NCBI GenBank assembly: GCA_963743305.1
Contig: CAVUPH010000017.1
Coordinates: 1 to 64,000 of the forward strand
Length of the DNA stretch: 64,000 nucleotides
Direction of reading: 5' to 3'
Source: an uncultured delta proteobacterium
Lineage (GTDB): Bacteria > Desulfobacterota > RBG-13-43-22
Shown: piece after piece, positions 59,576 to 64,000 of the stretch
Layout of the letters: each line of letters starts with the position of its first letter
How positions within the stretch are numbered: position 1 is the first letter of the stretch
Translations under genes and position numbers: made by a program
The notes under the pieces: model-generated
What the model was told of the DNA's origin: nothing
What the model saw: the letters and a program-made list of their open reading frames with translations, nothing else
The model's database searches: none

Positions 59576-59902
59576 TTACCCCTCCGGGGTAGGGGCGGCC
59601 AGTTCCTCTTTTTCCTGCTTCATGGCCTCCCGTCCGGCGTCAAAGGCCGAAGACAGGGCCGACTTCTTCTGTTCCATGAACTCCTTGCCTTTCTCAATAT
59701 AGACAGACGCCTTGTCCTTCCATTCATCGGAAAGGTGGCCGGACTTGTCTTTTACTTCCTCCGCCAGGTCACGAATCTTGTTCCGGGTCTGCCGGCCTTC
59801 CCAGGGGGCGAAAAGTATCGCCACCGCGGCGCCGACTACCCCTCCCATTATAAAAGACAAAATCAAAGAACTGCCGCAACTCCCTCTCATATCTTCTGCC
59901 AT
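59576..59902 (-). CDS. YtxH domain protein
   Basis: F..GG.VGAA.A.LFAP..G..TR. Confidence 0.85.
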   Translation of the reverse strand: MAEDMRGSCGSSLILSFIMGGVVGAAVAILFAPWEGRQTRNKIRDLAEEVKDKSGHLSDEWKDKASVYIEKGKEFMEQKKSALSSAFDAGREAMKQEKEELAAPTPEG

Positions 59903-59906
59903 CTCC

Positions 59907-60290
59907 TCATCCTCCCTTTTTTTTATGTTTAAAGAACGTTTTACCGGCGGCCAATACTCCGGCGGACAGGCCGGCCATATTGATCAACGGAGAGGCCACC
60001 CCCCCCTTGATCACCCGGTTGATCGTGGAAACGAGCCCGGCCGATTCGGCTATGGCTTTAAAAAGAGGCTCCGTCTGTTTCACCTTGTCCTCCACCTGAA
60101 TCGTCAGGCGATTGATCCCACCCGAGACCTCTTTCAGATTGCGGACCAGCGGGACTATTTCCACTTCCAGGGATTTCAAGGTAGTTTCCAGGTCCTTGGA
60201 CAATTTTGTCAATTGGATCAAGACCCGAATAAGGAAAAAAGCCACCAGGGCCGCTATAATCAAAAAACCCCAACTCACCCAATCCTGCAA
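59907..60290 (-). CDS. DUF948-like membrane/coiled-coil protein
   Basis: N-terminal TM plus helical region; usual neighbour of YtxH. Confidence 0.65.
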   Translation of the reverse strand: MQDWVSWGFLIIAALVAFFLIRVLIQLTKLSKDLETTLKSLEVEIVPLVRNLKEVSGGINRLTIQVEDKVKQTEPLFKAIAESAGLVSTINRVIKGGVASPLINMAGLSAGVLAAGKTFFKHKKKGG

Positions 60291-60460
60291 AGAAACCCCT
60301 CCCTTCTCTTATTGAATCCCCATGCCCGGCGGCGGCACTCGAAGCATGATCACGGGAAAGCTATTTGTTTACAATAATAGCCATTTTTCTTGACAAATGC
60401 AAAGGCTTTAATGCCTGTTAGGCAAGTAGCGGTTGACTCATCGATTCTCAGAACCCGGAG

Positions 60461-61141
60461 TTGGAGATGGTTGCTTCCTGGATAGCGTCCACCAAAGCTT
60501 TTCTATTCGATTTTGACGGGACCCTGGCCAGACTGAATATCGACTTTCAAGCCCTTCGCCTGGAAATCCTGGCTTTGGCCCGGGACTTCGGGCTTAAGGA
60601 GCCCACCCTTCCGGACCCACCCTATCTCCTGGAAATGGCCGGCGCCTTAAGCGCCGAGTTGGCCGTCCGAGAACCCGGCCAGGCCGCCGTTTTCCTCAAT
60701 CGCTCTCTGGCGTTAATCGAAGCCCGGGAAAGGGAGGCCGCCGTCCCGGAGAACCTCTTTTCCTACACCCCCCGGGTCTTAGCCGGTCTGCTCCGGGAGA
60801 ACTTCCAAGTTGCCATTCTGACCCGCAATTCAGGGGCTTCAGTCCGTAAGGTTTTTCCGGAAATCGATCGCTATTGTCACCTCTTTTTGCCCCGCGAAGC
60901 CGTACCCCGGCCTAAACCCGATCCGGGACATCTCCTGGCGGCCTTGCATCGTTTCCAGGTCCCGGCCCGAGAAGCCGCGATGGTGGGGGATCACCCTCTT
61001 GATATCTTTTCAGGTAAAAAGACCGGCACTTGGACTATCGGCGTGTTGACCGGGCGGACGGGCGCCGCGGAATTGGAAGCCGCCCAGGCCGATATCGTCC
61101 TGTCCGATGTGGCGGAACTGCTGGGGTTAGTATGTAAATAG
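60461..61141 (+). CDS. HAD family hydrolase
   Basis: FDFDGTL, TRN, KPDP, VGDH..D. Confidence 0.9.
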   Translation: MEMVASWIASTKAFLFDFDGTLARLNIDFQALRLEILALARDFGLKEPTLPDPPYLLEMAGALSAELAVREPGQAAVFLNRSLALIEAREREAAVPENLFSYTPRVLAGLLRENFQVAILTRNSGASVRKVFPEIDRYCHLFLPREAVPRPKPDPGHLLAALHRFQVPAREAAMVGDHPLDIFSGKKTGTWTIGVLTGRTGAAELEAAQADIVLSDVAELLGLVCK

Positions 61142-61438
61142 CTTCCTGGGCTTGGAAGCGCCCAGACCGACTCGGTCTTAACCTGGGCATTCCTCCTTGA
61201 GCATTTTCATGCTTTGGGGCGACCGCCCCGGACATGAGGGGTTAGAATGAAAAACCTCTTTAGGGGATTAGGCCCTCCTCCCCCCGAACCGTCACGGCAA
61301 TAGCAGCGGGAACCGGCCACCCGTCTGGTGGGGCTCACCAAGAAAAACTCGGAAGACCCCCTCTAATCCCTGGCCATCGGCCCAATTATTCATCTGGACA
61401 GTTTGTTTTTCTTGCCTTATCCTTCATGAATTAATTGT

Positions 61439-61593
61439 GATGGTTTCGCAAAAAGTCCCCAGTGCTGTCATTGCGAGGAGTGAAGCGACGAAGCAATCCC
61501 CAAGAATCAGCCGGTTACCATGGTAGGGTTAGCTTCCCCCGGATCAAGTCCGGGGTCGCAATGACAGGTTCTTGGACTTTTTGCGAGGTTGTC
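61439..61593. mobile_element. MITE, second full copy
   Basis: GATGGTTTCGCAAAAAGTC .. GACTTTTTGCGAGGTTGTC; shares internal sequence with 19079-19220. Confidence 0.75.
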
Positions 61594-61616
61594 GATTGTA
61601 ATAGCTTCTATAATTA

Positions 61617-62540
61617 ATGACTGAACTCAAAGACGCGCTTCCGTTGCATCCGACCTCTCCGCCCTGCAATCTTGCACTCCAAACGACTAACGCATGCAAT
61701 TTTAAATGTGTGATGTGTGCGTATAAAGACGTGCGCCGATCACAGCCCCGTAATGACATGTCTATGGAATTGTATACTAAAATAATCGACCAGTTCCTGG
61801 AAATGGATAGGTTGGAAAGGGTGGGACTGTCACTGCAATGCGAACCGCTGCTAGATGAACATCTGCTTAAAAAGATTCAATATGTTAAGATGAAAAAGCC
61901 ATTGGCGCGGATCGGGTTATCAACCAACGCTTTTTTGCTCAGCCAAGACATGTACAAAAGGCTTTATGACCATGGGTTGGATGCATTGAACATCAGCCTT
62001 AATGCCGTTGAGGAAAAGACTTTTAAGGCCGTTGGCGGAACAGGCTACCGGCAAGTGATGGAACACACTGTTTTCGCCATAAAAAACAAGCCCAATGGAT
62101 TGCGCCTGACCATCACCTCCATGCTCGTGCGAGAAAACATCATCGAATTGGTGCAGGGGAAACATCCTGTTTTAGAATTAATTAAAGAGTCTGGCATTCC
62201 AAGAGACATGGGGCCTATATCCAATCACTGCGGCAGTTTGTCGAACTATGAACCAATGGTTGTATTTCCAGAGATGCAAAGCTCGGCAAAAAAACTTTAT
62301 TGCCACGACATTTTTGAAGCGGCTTATGTTTTGTCTAACGGCGATCTCATCGGATGCTGTAGTGATTGGAGGAGAAAATCTGTTCTTGGCAATCTCGCCG
62401 AACATAATTTTTTTGATATATGGCAAAGTCAAAAGACGGCGAAGCGGCGCGATCAAATGATGCAGGGAGACCTTTCCCAGATAGAGCCATGCAAACAATG
62501 CAGCCAAGGATGGAATATCATGAAAAATCGAGGAAAGTAA
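61617..62540 (+). CDS. Radical SAM/SPASM domain protein
   Basis: CNFKCVMC, EPLL, TNA, C..GDLIGCC.D..LGN..W..PCKQC. Confidence 0.9.
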   Translation: MTELKDALPLHPTSPPCNLALQTTNACNFKCVMCAYKDVRRSQPRNDMSMELYTKIIDQFLEMDRLERVGLSLQCEPLLDEHLLKKIQYVKMKKPLARIGLSTNAFLLSQDMYKRLYDHGLDALNISLNAVEEKTFKAVGGTGYRQVMEHTVFAIKNKPNGLRLTITSMLVRENIIELVQGKHPVLELIKESGIPRDMGPISNHCGSLSNYEPMVVFPEMQSSAKKLYCHDIFEAAYVLSNGDLIGCCSDWRRKSVLGNLAEHNFFDIWQSQKTAKRRDQMMQGDLSQIEPCKQCSQGWNIMKNRGK

Positions 62541-62687
62541 ATATTAGGCTGGTGGAATTCGGTGAATGGCTATCGATGATTTCCATTGATAAATAACAAA
62601 TCGTAAAAGCCTTGATTCTGTTTGTCCGTAGGCGGTTGACGAAGGCATCAAAGCGCTGGAGAGCCTGGAAAGTTATTTTCGTGATGG

Positions 62688-63008
62688 CTAATGGATCGGC
62701 GGCCGCGGATTTTCTTCTACGGGAAGCCCGCGCCGCCGCGTCTGCATCTGCAGGTAGCCGTCGCTGAAGGGGTAGGGGCCGCCTTTAAAATGGTGACAGG
62801 GGAATTTGTCGCAGTCGCGCAGACAGTATTCCACCTTGCGCTCCACCGCGCAATTCAGAATGGGGCAAACTCCGCCGATCAGCCGCAACTGGGTCACCAA
62901 TTTTCGATTGGCCTGCTCCGATCGCCCGGATCCGCAGGGGCTGCATTTTCCTTCCGCAAAGAGTCGACAGGTCAAGCAATTGATGCCGCAGGCCCCGGTA
63001 CCTTCCAT
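62688..63008 (-). CDS. Cys-rich small protein (DUF3795-like)
   Basis: CGINC..C, C.PC, CPI..C, YC..DC..FPC. Confidence 0.75.
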   Translation of the reverse strand: MEGTGACGINCLTCRLFAEGKCSPCGSGRSEQANRKLVTQLRLIGGVCPILNCAVERKVEYCLRDCDKFPCHHFKGGPYPFSDGYLQMQTRRRGLPVEENPRPPIH

Positions 63009-63019
63009 TTTTATTCCTC

Positions 63020-64000
63020 CTAAAAAGAACAGACCGCTCGAACGTAATAGTGGCAGGTAAAATCCTGCCAGAAAACAAACCCCAAGTCAATGCTGACAAA
63101 CCAGGCGGCGTTGAAAGAACGGCGATCGGCGCTCCAGAGGCATTTCTGAGCGGAATCGAAAGGTGGGGCCGGGCAGCAGGCGTCGACCCCGGGAGTTTCT
63201 GTGGTCAGGGAACACAACTCATCTACCGTGGGGAGGCGCCAATCCGACCGTCCGGCGAACCGGTCCCGGTTAAGCCCCTGAACATAGATCCGGGCCTCCG
63301 GCCAGGTCAGAGGGTATTCGGAACCGGATTGTTCCCAGAGCAGATCATGAGACCGATCGGCTACTGTTCCGTCGTCCATTTCTTGCCAATCCGGATGGGA
63401 ATAAGACCGGGGCCGCCACAATTCGTCCATTCCAAAAATGGCGCGGGCCTCAGCCGGACGAACCTTGATCGGGTTCCGACGCAACGGAGGGGGGGGCTTA
63501 TTTTCCAGGGGCTGCTCATCCGGGACGGGCGCCGGGCGACAAGCCTGCTCCCGGACGGTCTCCCACTGGAGTCGCAGTCGCTCCAATTCCTCCAGCATTT
63601 CCCCGGCCGAGTCAAATCGGTCTTCCTTTTCGAAAGCGGCGCCCCTGAATAAAAAGGCCTCCCAGTGGGAATCCAAATCGGCAGGGCTGCGGCTCGCCGG
63701 CCGCCGGTCTTCCGAGGGAAGGCAGCCGGTGGCCAGACGGTACAGCGTTACCCCGACCGAGTAGAGGTCGGCCCGGACATCAACCCGATCCGGGTCCTGC
63801 TCCTGTTCCGGAGCGGCATAGTAGGGGGTCCCAATCTTCAGATTGTCCGGAGCCGGCAAAGTTTCTCCGCGAAGTAAGGACAAACCGAAATCGCCTATTT
63901 TTATGGTGTCCTCTTCGCTGATCAGGAAATTGAAGGGCTTCAGGTCTCGGTGAATGATCCCGGCTTCGTGGAGGCGGGCCAGCCCCTTTAAAATATGCCG
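63020..64000 (-). CDS. Ser/Thr protein kinase fused to DUF1566 domain (5' end beyond window)
   Basis: HRDLKP.N, DFG, GTPYYAAPE, DLYS.G; DGTV.D...L.W, DWRLPT.DEL. Confidence 0.9.
   Translation of the reverse strand, partial: RHILKGLARLHEAGIIHRDLKPFNFLISEEDTIKIGDFGLSLLRGETLPAPDNLKIGTPYYAAPEQEQDPDRVDVRADLYSVGVTLYRLATGCLPSEDRRPASRSPADLDSHWEAFLFRGAAFEKEDRFDSAGEMLEELERLRLQWETVREQACRPAPVPDEQPLENKPPPPLRRNPIKVRPAEARAIFGMDELWRPRSYSHPDWQEMDDGTVADRSHDLLWEQSGSEYPLTWPEARIYVQGLNRDRFAGRSDWRLPTVDELCSLTTETPGVDACCPAPPFDSAQKCLWSADRRSFNAAWFVSIDLGFVFWQDFTCHYYVRAVCSF

Noticed and set aside
61275-61320. Resemblance to SRP RNA or group II intron domain V
   Set aside because: Lacks the SRP CAGG..GGAA..AGCAG core and a paired domain V stem

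Overview
Chromosomal window of a GC-rich anaerobic bacterium; gene content and repeat families suggest Desulfobacterota/Deltaproteobacteria (inference). Layout: (1) 1-1.8 kb, a two-gene IS-like element (winged-helix HARE-HTH-like ORF plus IS701/IS4-type DDE transposase) ending next to a perfect palindrome. (2) 1.9-12 kb, a mosaic accessory region with an HpsN/HisD-like dehydrogenase whose 3' end is duplicated around an inserted secreted-protein gene, secreted proteins (one with an LPLI C-terminal tail), gene remnants and a candidate GEMM-I cyclic-dinucleotide riboswitch. (3) 12-36 kb, catabolic clusters: orphan TPP E1 alpha/beta plus cupin; SDRs, ComB-like phosphatase, MBL lactonase, atypical M24 enzyme, Liv-type ABC transporter, cyclase, GntR and GarR; an FG-GAP repeat protein; an XDH-family molybdoenzyme. 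(4) 36-46 kb, a sigma28-type MCP inserted between copies of the 3' end of a Zn-ADH gene, plus hydrolases, a flavoprotein and ychF. (5) 46-58 kb, a rearranged type II secretion cluster. (6) 58-64 kb, acyl-CoA dehydrogenase, YtxH, HAD, radical SAM and a kinase-DUF1566 fusion cut by the window edge. About ten genes carry single-base frameshifts, several in homopolymer runs, which probably reflect sequencing/assembly error. No rRNA, tRNA or CRISPR array was seen. All family calls come from motif recognition by eye, not database searches.
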